Positions 9,048-18,351 of a stretch of 43,581 nucleotides of DNA are shown here, one piece after another. Source of the stretch: Ilumatobacteraceae bacterium (lineage in GTDB: Bacteria; Actinomycetota; Acidimicrobiia; Acidimicrobiales; Ilumatobacteraceae). The translations under genes and the position numbers were made by a program. Position 1 is the first letter of the stretch. Every line of letters begins with the position of its first letter. The stretch spans positions 1 to 43,581 of the forward strand of contig JBMOGW010000001.1 of NCBI GenBank assembly GCA_049318165.1. Direction: 5' to 3'. The notes beneath the pieces were generated by a model. The model worked only from the letters and a program-made list of their open reading frames with translations. It was not told the origin of the DNA and made no database searches.

Positions 9048-10793
9048 TCAGGCCTTCGGCGGGAGCACGCGGATGCCCAGCTCGTCGAGCTGCTTCTGCA
9101 CCACGGGCGTCGGCGCGTTGGTCATCGGATCCATGCCCGACTGCGTCTTCGGGAAGGCGATCACCTCGCGGATGTTCTCCTCGCCCGCCAGGATCGCCAC
9201 CAGGCGGTCGATGCCGAACGCGAACCCGCCGTGCGGCGGCGCGCCGTAGCGGAACGGGTTGAGGAAGAAGCCGAACTTCTTCTGCGCTTCCTCGTCGCTG
9301 ATGCCGAGGATCGAGAAGACCCGCGCCTGCAGTTCCGGCTGGTGGATTCGGATCGAGCCCGAACCGAGTTCCCAACCGTTGAGCACCAGGTCGTACGCCT
9401 GGCTGCGCACCTTCAGCGGCTCGGTCTCGAGCATGTGCACGTCGTCCGGGTGCGGCTGCGTGAACGGGTGGTGACCCGGGCGCGGACGACCGGTCACCTC
9501 GTCGACGCCGACGAACATCGGGAAGTCGACGACCCACAGGTAGCGGTACGGGCCCTCGAACACCGGGGGGCGGCCGAGGTCGTTGCGCAGGGTGCCGAGC
9601 ACCTCGCAGGTGGTGTCCCACGTGTCGGCCACGATCAGCACCAGGTCGCCCGGCTGCGTGGCGAAACGCTCCTTCAACGCGGCGCTCTCGGTGTCGCTGA
9701 GGAACTTCGCCACCGGCGACTCGAACGAACCGTCGGCGGCCACCTTCAGCCACACCAGACCCTTGGCGCCCATCTTCTTGGCGCGGTCGGTCATCGCGTC
9801 GAGCTTGTTGCGGCCGTACTCCTCGGCCTTGCCCGAGGCGTTGATGCCCTTGATGGACTCGGCACCGGCGAACGCCTTGAACTCGGTGGCGGCGAACACG
9901 TCGGTCAGCTCCTGCAGCTCCATGCCGAAGCGCAGGTCGGGCTTGTCGACTCCGAACCGGTTCATCGCCTCGTGCCAGGTGATCTTCACGATCTCGCCGC
10001 CGGTGTCCTTGCCGCACGCCTCGGCCGCAGCCAGCACGGCGGCACCGATGGCGGTGTGCACGTCGTCCTGGTCGACGAAGCTCATCTCCGCGTCGAGCTG
10101 CATGAACTCGTACTGGCGGTCGGCGCGCAGGTCCTCGTCGCGCAGGCAGCGAGCCAACTGGTAGTAGCGGTCGATGCCGGCCACCATCAGCAACTGCTTG
10201 AACAGCTGCGGGCTCTGCGGGAGCGCGTAGAACGAGCCCGGCTGCTGACGGCTGGGCACGATGAACTCGCGGGCGCCTTCGGGCGTGCTCGGCACGAGCA
10301 TCGGGGTCTCCACCTCGACGAAGCCCTGGTCCTCCATCGCACGGCGGATGGCACTGTTGACCGCGGCGCGCAGGCGCAGGTTGCGCTGCATGCGCTCACG
10401 GCGGATGTCGAGGAAGCGGTACTGCAGGCGAGTGTTCTCGGCCACCTGGTCGGCGCGCTCGCTGATCGGGAACGGCGGCGCCTCTGCGGCGTTGAGGATC
10501 TCCACGCTGCAGTCCTGCAGCTCGATGCCACCGGTGGGCAGCTTCGTGTTCACGTTCTCCTGCGGGCGGGCCGCCACCGTGCCGGTGATGCGCACCACGT
10601 ACTCGGCGCGCACGTCGACCGAGTTGTCGACCACGCACTGGGTGACGCCGCTGTGGTCACGGACGTCGATGAAGGCGAGCTTCTCGCCGTGCTCGCGACG
10701 GGTGGCCACCCATCCGGTCAGCGTCGCGGTCTGGCCGATCTGCTCGGGGCGAAGCTCGCCGCACTGGTGGGTTCGCATGGAGGTGGAGCTCAT
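9048..10793 (-). CDS. aspS: Aspartate--tRNA ligase
   Basis: 581 aa. It has an N-terminal OB anticodon-binding domain ([23 protein letters not shown]) and class II motifs ([40 protein letters not shown]). An ATGA-type overlap links it to the hisS stop. Confidence 0.95.
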   Translation of the reverse strand: MSSTSMRTHQCGELRPEQIGQTATLTGWVATRREHGEKLAFIDVRDHSGVTQCVVDNSVDVRAEYVVRITGTVAARPQENVNTKLPTGGIELQDCSVEILNAAEAPPFPISERADQVAENTRLQYRFLDIRRERMQRNLRLRAAVNSAIRRAMEDQGFVEVETPMLVPSTPEGAREFIVPSRQQPGSFYALPQSPQLFKQLLMVAGIDRYYQLARCLRDEDLRADRQYEFMQLDAEMSFVDQDDVHTAIGAAVLAAAEACGKDTGGEIVKITWHEAMNRFGVDKPDLRFGMELQELTDVFAATEFKAFAGAESIKGINASGKAEEYGRNKLDAMTDRAKKMGAKGLVWLKVAADGSFESPVAKFLSDTESAALKERFATQPGDLVLIVADTWDTTCEVLGTLRNDLGRPPVFEGPYRYLWVVDFPMFVGVDEVTGRPRPGHHPFTQPHPDDVHMLETEPLKVRSQAYDLVLNGWELGSGSIRIHQPELQARVFSILGISDEEAQKKFGFFLNPFRYGAPPHGGFAFGIDRLVAILAGEENIREVIAFPKTQSGMDPMTNAPTPVVQKQLDELGIRVLPPKA

Positions 10794-12097
10794 GACGTTG
10801 CTTTCCTGAGGAGTGCCCGGAGGTGGGAGGTGAGATCGGTGAGCGGCACCGTGGACTGACCGCTGGCGGTGTCGTCGCCGGCCGGCTCGGCGCGCAGAGG
10901 GCGCACCACCACGGTGCCGGCCTCGAGTTCGTTGGTGCCGATGATGACGGCGATGGCCGCGCCACTGCGGTCGGCCGCCTTCATCTGGCTCTTCATCGAG
11001 CGGTTCTCGTACGCCCGGTCGGCTCGCAGCCCTGCGGCTCGCAGTTCGGCGGTGATGCGCAGGGCCTCACCGCCGCCGGTGGTGTCGACCACGAACACAT
11101 CGACGGCAATGGACGGCGACGCGAACACGCCCTCGTCGTCGCACGCGAGCAGCGTGCGGTCGAGGCCCATGGCGAAGCCGACGCCGGGCGTCGACGGGCC
11201 GCCGAGCGACTCGACGAGGCCGTCGTACCGACCGCCGCCGCCGAGCGCGTTCTGTGCCGAGTCGAGCGTGCCACCCTGATACTCGAACGTCGTGTGGCGG
11301 TAGTAGTCCAGGCCGCGCACCAGCTTGGGTTCGAGCGTGAACGGAATGCCCAACGCCTGAAGACCGGCCTGCACCGCGGCGAAGTGCGCTGCCGCCTTCT
11401 CGCTGTAGAAGTCGGCGATCTTCGGCGCAGCGGCCACCAGGGGCGCGTCCTGCTCGCGCTTGGAGTCGAGCACTCGCAGCGGGTTCTTCTCCAACGTCAC
11501 CCGGCTCTCCGGGCTGAGCGCGTCGAGGTTCGCCTCGAAGTGTGCCTTCAACGCCTGCACGTAGCGGGCTCGGTCCTCCGGCTCGCCGAGCGAGTTGAGG
11601 ATCAGGTGCACCTGCCGGAGGCCGAGGGCCTTGTAGAACTCCCAGCCGAGGGCGATGACCTCGACGTCGAGGTTCGGATCGTCGGCACCGAGCACCTCGA
11701 TGCCCACCTGGTCGAACTGCCGGTAGCGCCCGCGTTGGGGCTTCTCGTACCGGAACATCGAGCCCGTGTACCAGACCTTCCACGGGGCCAGCGGCCGGTG
11801 CTGCACGTAGGCACGGCACACGGATGCCGTCAGCTCGGGGCGCAGTGCGATGTGACGGCCGCCCTTGTCGACGAAGTCGTACATCTCCTTCGACACCACG
11901 TCGGTGGCATCACCGATGCGTTGGAAGACGCCGAGGTCCTCCAGCAGCGGCGAGATGACCTGCCCGTAACCGGCCGACTCGACCGTCTGCGCGAAGGCGT
12001 CCACGAACCGGCGCCAGCGGGCCGATTCGGGGGGCAGGATGTCGCGCATCCCGGGGCTGGTCTGGAACTCGGGCACGGGGGTCAAGGCTACCTGCAC
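10790..12097 (-). CDS. hisS: Histidine--tRNA ligase
   Basis: Class II HisRS motifs are present (GMRDILP, RLxYxGxMFRYEKPQRGRYRQF, GGGGRYDGL), with a C-terminal anticodon-binding domain. The track start is GTG at 12097. An alternative in-frame GTG lies at 12076 (VPEFQTSPGMRD...). Confidence 0.95.
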   Translation of the reverse strand: MQVALTPVPEFQTSPGMRDILPPESARWRRFVDAFAQTVESAGYGQVISPLLEDLGVFQRIGDATDVVSKEMYDFVDKGGRHIALRPELTASVCRAYVQHRPLAPWKVWYTGSMFRYEKPQRGRYRQFDQVGIEVLGADDPNLDVEVIALGWEFYKALGLRQVHLILNSLGEPEDRARYVQALKAHFEANLDALSPESRVTLEKNPLRVLDSKREQDAPLVAAAPKIADFYSEKAAAHFAAVQAGLQALGIPFTLEPKLVRGLDYYRHTTFEYQGGTLDSAQNALGGGGRYDGLVESLGGPSTPGVGFAMGLDRTLLACDDEGVFASPSIAVDVFVVDTTGGGEALRITAELRAAGLRADRAYENRSMKSQMKAADRSGAAIAVIIGTNELEAGTVVVRPLRAEPAGDDTASGQSTVPLTDLTSHLRALLRKATS

Positions 12098-12133
12098 CCA
12101 TGCCCCCTGACCGGGCCTTTACCCACACCCGAC

Positions 12134-12214
12134 AGCATCTCGGGCTGATTCGTCCCATATCGGCTTCTCGGTCGGATTCGTCTCGAAAACCGCGACGATT
12201 CAGCCCGAGATGCT
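12134..12214. repeat. Long inverted repeat (20-nt arms, 19/20 complementary, 41-nt spacer) in the relA-hisS intergenic region
   Basis: Arm 1 at 12134..12153 is AGCATCTCGGGCTGATTCGT. The reverse complement of arm 2 at 12195..12214 is AGCATCTCGGGCTGAATCGT. It lies 11 nt downstream of the relA stop on the minus strand. It may be a terminator, processing hairpin or REP-like element; there is no U-tract. Confidence 0.6.
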
Positions 12215-12224
12215 CGCCGGGCCG

Positions 12225-14450
12225 TCAGCCGCCCTTGCCGGGGACCAGGCGGTAGGCGTCGTAGACGCTGTCGATCTGTTTGATGGTGCGCAGCACGGCG
12301 TCGAGGTGGCTGGCATCGCCCATCTCGAACTCGAAACGCATCTTCGCCACGCGGTCCGAGCCGGTGTGCGTACTGCAGGCGACGATGTTGACGTGCTGCT
12401 CGCTCAGCGAGTTGGCGACGTCGCGCAGCAGGCGCGAACGGTCGAGCGCCACCACCTCGACACCAGCGCGGAACATCGTCTTCGACTGGTCCCCGTCCCA
12501 GTCGACGTCGATCAACCGGGCGGACTGCTCGACCATCAGACTGGCCGCGTTGGCGCAGTCCGCACGGTGGACCGACACGCCGCGACCGCGGGTGACGAAG
12601 CCGATGATCTCGTCGCCGGGCACCGGCGTACAGCAGCGCGACAGACGCACCAGCACGTCGTCGACGCCCTCGACATGCACCCCGGCGGTGTTGCGCGACG
12701 GCGCGCGGGTACCGGTGCGCGCCAGCACGGTGGCCGGCAACTGCTCCTCGCCACTCTCGCCTTGGTGAAGGTGCCGCGCCACCTTGCCGGCCAACGACTT
12801 CGCCGACACGTGGCCCTCACCGATCGCGGCCAGCAGCGAATCGAGGTCGCCGTAGGAGGCCGCGTCGATCTCCTCCGCGAGCGCGTCGCTGCCCCAGATG
12901 CGCTGCACCGGCAGCCCCTCGCGACGGAACTCCTTCGTCAACTCGTCACGGCCGGCTTCGATCATGTCCTCGCGACGCTCCCGCGAGAACCACTGCTTGA
13001 TCTTGTTCCGCGCTCGCGGTGACTGCACGAACTGCAACCAGTCGCGCGTCGGACCGGCGGAATCCACCTTCGATCTGAAGATCTCGCACGTGTCGCCGCT
13101 CTTCATCCGGTGGTGCAGCGGCACCAGGCGACCATTGACCTTGGCTCCGATGCATGCGTGGCCGACCTCGGTGTGCACGGCGTACGCGAAGTCGACCGCG
13201 GTGGACCCGACGGGCAGCGTGATGACCTTGCCCTTCGGCGTGAAGACGAACACCTCGTCCTGCTCGAGGTCGGTCTTCAGGTTCTCCATGAAGGCCGCCG
13301 GATCGCTGATCTCGGCCTGCCAGTCGATGATGCGGTTCAGCCAGTCGATGTCGGACGAGGCGCCGACACCGTCCTTGTACGCCCAGTGCGCCGCGACGCC
13401 CCATTCGGCGCGCTGGTGCATCTCCCGCGTGCGGATCTGCACCTCGAGCACCTTGCCACCCGGCCCGATCACCGTGGTGTGCAGGCTCTGGTACAGGTTG
13501 AACTTGGGCATCGCGATGTAGTCCTTGAACCGCCCCACGACCGGCTTGTAGCGGCCGTGGATGCAGCCCAGCGCGGCGTAGCAGTCCTTCACCGAGTCGA
13601 CGATCACGCGCACCGCGACCAGGTCGAAGATGTCGTCGAACTCGCGGCCCTTCTGGACCATCTTCTCGTAGATGCTCCACAGGTGCTTGCCGCGACCGGT
13701 GACCTCGGCCGTGATGTTCAGCTCCTGCAGCCGACCCTGCACCTCGGCGATCGCCTTCGCGAGATACACCTCGCGCTCGGGCGACCGACTGGAGACGAGG
13801 TGGTCGAGTTCGGCGTAACGCTTGGGGTACAACGCCGCGAACGACAGGTCCTCCAGCTGCTGCTTCAGTTCCTGCATGCCCAGGCGGTGGGCCAGCGGCG
13901 CGTAGATCTCGAGCGTCTCGTGCGCGATGCGCTGCTGCTTCTCGGCCGGCATCGCGGCGATCGTGCGCATGTTGTGAAGCCGGTCGGCGAGCTTGATGAT
14001 CAGCACCCGCAGGTCGCGAGCCATCGCCACCAGCATCTTGCGCATCGTGGCGGCCTGCTGGGCCTCCTTGGAGTCGAACTGGATGCGCTCGAGCTTCGTG
14101 ACGCCGTCGACGATCTGGGCGACTTCGCTGCCGAACCCGGCTTCGACGTCGGCGAGGGTGATCTCGGTGTCCTCGACGGCATCGTGCAGCAAGGCCGCTG
14201 CCAACGAGATCTCGTCCAGCCCGAGGTCGGCGACGATGCGCGCCACCGCGAGCGGATGGTTGATGTAGCTCTCGCCACTGCTGCGCGACTGGTGTCGGTG
14301 GGCCTCCCGCGCCGTCTCGTAGGCACGGTTGATCATCGCCACCGATGCCTTCGGGTGGCGCCGCCGGTACGCGGTGAGCAGCGGGGTCAGTTCCTCGGCC
14401 GTCGCGTTCTGATGGCGACGCCAGGGCAGAACTCGGTCGACGGCGGCCAT
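12225..14450 (-). CDS. relA: Bifunctional (p)ppGpp synthetase/hydrolase RelA/SpoT homologue
   Basis: HD hydrolase domain (HRHQSRSSGESYINHPLAVA...LLHDAVEDT), synthetase domain (DLVAVRVIV...YKPVVGRFKDYIAMPKFNLYQSLHTTV), and TGS and ACT domains at the C-terminus. The start was moved to ATG at 14450 (MAAVDRVLPW), 1 nt after the apt stop. Confidence 0.95.
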   Translation of the reverse strand: MAAVDRVLPWRRHQNATAEELTPLLTAYRRRHPKASVAMINRAYETAREAHRHQSRSSGESYINHPLAVARIVADLGLDEISLAAALLHDAVEDTEITLADVEAGFGSEVAQIVDGVTKLERIQFDSKEAQQAATMRKMLVAMARDLRVLIIKLADRLHNMRTIAAMPAEKQQRIAHETLEIYAPLAHRLGMQELKQQLEDLSFAALYPKRYAELDHLVSSRSPEREVYLAKAIAEVQGRLQELNITAEVTGRGKHLWSIYEKMVQKGREFDDIFDLVAVRVIVDSVKDCYAALGCIHGRYKPVVGRFKDYIAMPKFNLYQSLHTTVIGPGGKVLEVQIRTREMHQRAEWGVAAHWAYKDGVGASSDIDWLNRIIDWQAEISDPAAFMENLKTDLEQDEVFVFTPKGKVITLPVGSTAVDFAYAVHTEVGHACIGAKVNGRLVPLHHRMKSGDTCEIFRSKVDSAGPTRDWLQFVQSPRARNKIKQWFSRERREDMIEAGRDELTKEFRREGLPVQRIWGSDALAEEIDAASYGDLDSLLAAIGEGHVSAKSLAGKVARHLHQGESGEEQLPATVLARTGTRAPSRNTAGVHVEGVDDVLVRLSRCCTPVPGDEIIGFVTRGRGVSVHRADCANAASLMVEQSARLIDVDWDGDQSKTMFRAGVEVVALDRSRLLRDVANSLSEQHVNIVACSTHTGSDRVAKMRFEFEMGDASHLDAVLRTIKQIDSVYDAYRLVPGKGG

Positions 14451-14451
14451 G

Positions 14452-14979
14452 TCAGTACAGCGCCAGGCTCTCGACCCGATGCCCACCGAGCCGCTGCCGG
14501 CCCCCGAGCGCTTCGAGCTCCAGCAGGAAACCGAGCCCCACGATGTCGCCGCCGAGCGCCTCGACGAGCTTGCAGGTGGCCTCGGCGGTGCCGCCGGTGG
14601 CGAGCACGTCGTCGATCACCAGGATCCGCTCGCCGGGGTGGATGGCGTCGCGGTGCATCTCGAGCTTGTCGCGGCCGTACTCGAGTTGGTACTCCTCGCG
14701 CACGACGGCCCAGGGCAGCTTGCCGGCTTTGCGGACGGGTACGAAGGCCGCACCGAGCGAATACGCCACCGGTGCGGCGACGATGAACCCACGCGCCTCC
14801 ATGCCCAGCACCCGGTCGACCTCGAGGCCCTCGAAGCGCTGCACCAGTTCGGTGATGGCACGGTGGAATCCCTCGCCGTCACCCAGCAGCGGGGTGATGT
14901 CGCGGAAGGTGACACCCGTTTCGGGGTAGTCGGGGATGTCGCGGACCAGCGTCGTGATCCAGTGACTGTTCGGCGCCAT
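14452..14979 (-). CDS. apt: Adenine phosphoribosyltransferase
   Basis: 175 aa, with the PRPP-binding motif ILVIDDVLATGGTA and GVTFRDITPLL. Confidence 0.95.
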   Translation of the reverse strand: MAPNSHWITTLVRDIPDYPETGVTFRDITPLLGDGEGFHRAITELVQRFEGLEVDRVLGMEARGFIVAAPVAYSLGAAFVPVRKAGKLPWAVVREEYQLEYGRDKLEMHRDAIHPGERILVIDDVLATGGTAEATCKLVEALGGDIVGLGFLLELEALGGRQRLGGHRVESLALY

Positions 14980-15003
14980 GTGCAGAGGGTATCGGGCCTG
15001 GTG

Positions 15004-16188
15004 TCAGGCCCGGCGCTTCTTCTTCCGGGGTCGGGGCGTGTGCGTGAGCACCTCTTCGGGCGACAGCGCAGCCTGCGCCATCACCGGCGAGTCATCGTCG
15101 CTCGACCGCACTCCGGCGCGGGCCTCGCGACGGCCGGACGGCGAGCCGCCGAGCACCAGGCGCTCGAGTTCGGCGCCCGTGGCGTGACGGCCGCGCAGCG
15201 GCCGGAACTTCGGCTCGCGCTCCTTCAGGATGGCGACGAGCGGCGAGGCAACGAAGATCGACGAGTACGAACCGGTGAGCAGACCGACGAGCAGGGCGAG
15301 CGCGAACTCGCGCAGCGTCGCCGCACCGAGGATGCCCGAGCCGAGGATCAGCAGCGACAACACGGGCAGCACCGCAGCGAGGCTGGTGTTCAGCGAACGC
15401 ATCAGCACCTGGTTCATCGACACGTTGACGATGTCGGCGTACGGCATGCGGTAGGCCGCGTAACGGATCTGGTTCTCCTGCACCTTGTCGAACACGACGA
15501 TGGTGTCGTACAGCGAGAAGCCGAGGATCGTCAGGAAGGCGACCACCGTGGCCGGCGTGACGGTGAACCCGAAGACCGAGTACACGCCCACGCTGATCAA
15601 CACGTCGTGCACCATGGCGATGATGGCGGCGAGCGCCATTCGCCATTCGAGTCGCCAGGCGATGAAGAGCGACACCAGCACGATGAACACGATCAGGGCC
15701 TGGATGGCCTTCTCGGTGATGCTCGAGCCCCAACTGCTGGACACCAACTGGGTGGCGACGCTGTTCACGTCGACACCGACCTCGTCGGCAAACGCCTGCT
15801 GCACCTTGGTGCGGACGTCGTCGGGCTGTGCCTCCACCTGCACCTCGACGCTGCGACCCGTCTCCTTGGAGGTGAGGATCTGCACCTTGGCGGTGCCGCC
15901 GTTGAGGCCGTTGGCATCGAGGATGTCACGCGCCTGCTGTTCGGTGAGCGTCTCGGAAGGAACCTCCCACAGCACGCCACCCTTGAACTCGAGGCTCAGG
16001 TTGAGGCCCTGGAACAGCAACGAACCGAGGCTGATGAGGATCAGCACCGCGGACACGCCGAGGCCGATCCAGCGGCGACCGTAGAAGTCGATCGCGGTCT
16101 CACCGTGGTACAGGCGGCCACCGCGGCCACGACGGGACGGCTGCGACGGGACCGGGGTCTCGTCGCCGGGCAACAGGGTGTCGGTCAT
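15004..16188 (-). CDS. secF: Protein translocase subunit SecF
   Basis: From ATG at 16188 (ATGA overlap with the secD stop): MTDTLLPGDE...IDFYGRRWIGLGVSAVLILISLG...LEFKGG... The conserved TM block is FLTILGFSLYDTIVVFDKVQEN. The upstream part of the 661-aa track ORF is read-through in secD. Confidence 0.9.
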   Translation of the reverse strand: MTDTLLPGDETPVPSQPSRRGRGGRLYHGETAIDFYGRRWIGLGVSAVLILISLGSLLFQGLNLSLEFKGGVLWEVPSETLTEQQARDILDANGLNGGTAKVQILTSKETGRSVEVQVEAQPDDVRTKVQQAFADEVGVDVNSVATQLVSSSWGSSITEKAIQALIVFIVLVSLFIAWRLEWRMALAAIIAMVHDVLISVGVYSVFGFTVTPATVVAFLTILGFSLYDTIVVFDKVQENQIRYAAYRMPYADIVNVSMNQVLMRSLNTSLAAVLPVLSLLILGSGILGAATLREFALALLVGLLTGSYSSIFVASPLVAILKEREPKFRPLRGRHATGAELERLVLGGSPSGRREARAGVRSSDDDSPVMAQAALSPEEVLTHTPRPRKKKRRA

Positions 16189-17864
16189 GCCGGTGCTCCG
16201 TGGGGGGTGACCTCGATGCCCATCACCTTGCGCCGCTCCATCCACTTGGTGCGGGCCAGCAACAGGACCATCGGTCGGGTGAAGAAGTAGGCAACCACCA
16301 TGTCGCACAGCGTCGACAGGCCGAGGAAGAAGGCGAAGCCGCGGACCGCACCGACGGTGAGGTACCACAGCACGAGGGCACCGATCAGCGACACCAGGTC
16401 GGCGATCACGATGGTGCGCCACGCACCCTGGAAGCCACGCAGCGCGCTGTTGCGCAACGTCTTGCCGGCGCGCACCTCGTCCTTCAGTCGTTCGAAGAAC
16501 ACGACATAGGAGTCGACGGTGACACCGACGGACACGATGATGCCGGCGATGCCGGACAGCGACAGTGCCAGGCCGTTGGTCGTCGACAGCCAGGTGACGA
16601 TGCCCCACAGGAGGCAGCCCGACACCGTGATGCCGACGGCCACGATCAGGCCGAGCAAGCGGTAGTAGAGCACCATGAAGATCAGCACGAGCAGCACGCC
16701 GACGAGACCGGAGATGACCGCGGCGCGCAGCGAGTCCTTGCCGAGGCTGGCCGACACGTTCTGCACGGACTGCAACTCGAGCTCGACCGGCAGCGAACCG
16801 GAGTTGATGACGCGGGCGAGCTGACGGGCTTCGTCCTGGCTGAACGAGCCGCTGATCTGCACGTTGCCGTTGAAGGTCGGGGTCTGCACCGTGGCGACCG
16901 ACTGCAGCGTGCCGTCGAGGTCGATGGCGATCTGCTGGCTCGGGCAGGTGGCCTGCTTGCTGTAGCACTGCGAGGCGAGGTTGTTCCACACGTCCTCACC
17001 GGCCGCACCGCCACGCAAGCTGACCTGCACCCCCCAGCCGGAGCTGGTGATGAACACGGCCTGCGCGTCGTCCTGGAACACCTCGCCGGTGCCCTGAGCG
17101 GGGCCGACGTAGCAGTACTGCGGCGGCTGCGAGTTGAACACCGGCAACAACTGTTCCTGGGTGGGGTCGCTCTTCTGCAGCGGCAGACCGTTCGCGTCGG
17201 TCGGAGCGGCCGTCGTGCTGGTCGGCGTCGTGGTGGTGGTCGAGCCACCGGCCGGCACTGCCGCCACGGTCGTGGTGGACCCACCGGTCGTCGTCGACGT
17301 GGCGCCGGCGGCGGCCGGAGCCACGGTGGTGGTGGTGTTGTTGGCGCCGACCGCACGGCTCGGACCGCCGGACGAGCCGGTCGTGGTGGCCGGCGCGGTG
17401 GAGGCGGTGGTGCTGGCCGTGGAGAGGCCGGTGGTCGACCCGGTCGGGTCGGCCGTCGTCGAGCCGGTGCCGCCCACCGTGGTGGACGTGTCGGTCGGGA
17501 CGTTCAGCACGGTGCAACCCTGCGTGACCGGGCGCAGGTACACCTGGCCCGTCACCTGCACCAGATCGATGGCCTGCTGCTGGTTCTCGACGCCGGGCAG
17601 GTTGGTGACGATGGTGTCGCCCTGGCAGAGGATCTCCGGCTCGGCGACGCCGAGGCCGTCGATGCGCTCGCGGATCTTCTCGACCGCGAGCTGCATGCTG
17701 CTGTCGGCGCAGGTGGCGCCCGAGACCGCCTGCTGCGTGACGGAGATGCCACCCTGAAGGTCGAGGCCGAGGGCCGGCTTGCTGTCGGTGATGATCGTGA
17801 TCAGGAGCGCCCCGTAGGCGATCACCATGATCCCGATCAGGGAAACCAGAAGTTTGCGACGCAT
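16185..17864 (-). CDS. secD: Protein translocase subunit SecD, with a Thr/Ser/Gly-rich insertion in the periplasmic domain
   Basis: From ATG at 17864: MRRKLLVSLIGIMVIAYGALL...LGLDLQGG. The C-terminal TM block is GITVSGCLLWGIVTW...GIAGIIVSVGVTVDSYVVFFERLKDE. About 100 aa of low-complexity T/S/G/A sequence span aa ~123-222. Confidence 0.9.
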   Translation of the reverse strand: MRRKLLVSLIGIMVIAYGALLITIITDSKPALGLDLQGGISVTQQAVSGATCADSSMQLAVEKIRERIDGLGVAEPEILCQGDTIVTNLPGVENQQQAIDLVQVTGQVYLRPVTQGCTVLNVPTDTSTTVGGTGSTTADPTGSTTGLSTASTTASTAPATTTGSSGGPSRAVGANNTTTTVAPAAAGATSTTTGGSTTTVAAVPAGGSTTTTTPTSTTAAPTDANGLPLQKSDPTQEQLLPVFNSQPPQYCYVGPAQGTGEVFQDDAQAVFITSSGWGVQVSLRGGAAGEDVWNNLASQCYSKQATCPSQQIAIDLDGTLQSVATVQTPTFNGNVQISGSFSQDEARQLARVINSGSLPVELELQSVQNVSASLGKDSLRAAVISGLVGVLLVLIFMVLYYRLLGLIVAVGITVSGCLLWGIVTWLSTTNGLALSLSGIAGIIVSVGVTVDSYVVFFERLKDEVRAGKTLRNSALRGFQGAWRTIVIADLVSLIGALVLWYLTVGAVRGFAFFLGLSTLCDMVVAYFFTRPMVLLLARTKWMERRKVMGIEVTPHGAPA

Positions 17865-17871
17865 GGAAGGC

Positions 17872-18264
17872 TCAGGACTCGTCCTTGGCCAGGTCGTCCG
17901 CGGCGACCGGGGCGGGGGCATCCTTGTCGGTCGGCACGGCGGTCTCACCCTTGCTCGTGTCCACCTTGCGCTGGATGGCCTGGCGGGCGATGCGGATCTG
18001 GACGTCGTCGTCGATCTCCAGCCAGGCGATGTCGCCCTCGAACGAGGTGACGAAGCCGTACACGCCGGACGTGGTCATGACCTCGTCGCCGACCTCGATG
18101 GACGACTGCAGCTGGACGGCCTCACGCTGGCGCTTCTTCTGCGGGCGAATGATCAGGAAGTACATCGCCACGCCCATGATGATGAACATGGGCAGGATGC
18201 CGAACAGGCCGCTGCCGCTGTTGGAGTTCGCGGCGGCGAGCGAGGCGAGGTGTGCAAGGCGCAT
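17872..18264 (-). CDS. yajC: Preprotein translocase subunit YajC
   Basis: 130 aa, with the YajC signature LPMFIIMGVAMYFLIIRPQKKRQRE...GDEVMTTSGVYGFV. It lies 7 nt upstream of secD. Confidence 0.85.
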   Translation of the reverse strand: MRLAHLASLAAANSNSGSGLFGILPMFIIMGVAMYFLIIRPQKKRQREAVQLQSSIEVGDEVMTTSGVYGFVTSFEGDIAWLEIDDDVQIRIARQAIQRKVDTSKGETAVPTDKDAPAPVAADDLAKDES

Positions 18265-18351
18265 AGAAGGAGGACCAACCGTTGAACGCGTGGAGGGAGG
18301 GGCCCTCCTGACCAGTCGCCGATTCTAACCGCCCTGGTGAGCCAACTCCCC

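Noticed and set aside
8907-10859. 650-aa plus-strand ORF; also 16200..18050 (+), 41058..43424 (-), 12210..14786 (+) and similar long ORFs
   Set aside because: All are antisense shadows of aspS, secD, the polymerase and relA respectively. None shows a recognisable domain, and all have the wrong-frame composition.
12098-12224. T-box or other riboswitch leader upstream of hisS
   Set aside because: No T-box consensus (AGGGTGGNACCGCG-like) or specifier-loop architecture is visible on the hisS strand. The region is dominated by a single long inverted repeat.
17199-17498. Repetitive GGT/GTC-rich DNA that could be mistaken for a tandem repeat or CRISPR-like array
   Set aside because: It is in frame within secD and encodes a Thr/Ser/Gly linker. 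There is no regular repeat-spacer periodicity and there are no cas genes.
18265-18351. Hairpins GGTGAG-N9-CTCACC (18336..18356) and GGAGGG-N5-CCCTCC in the tgt-yajC spacer as terminators
   Set aside because: The stems are short (6 bp), lack U-tracts and overlap the tgt stop codon. Such stems arise readily by chance in GC-rich sequence.
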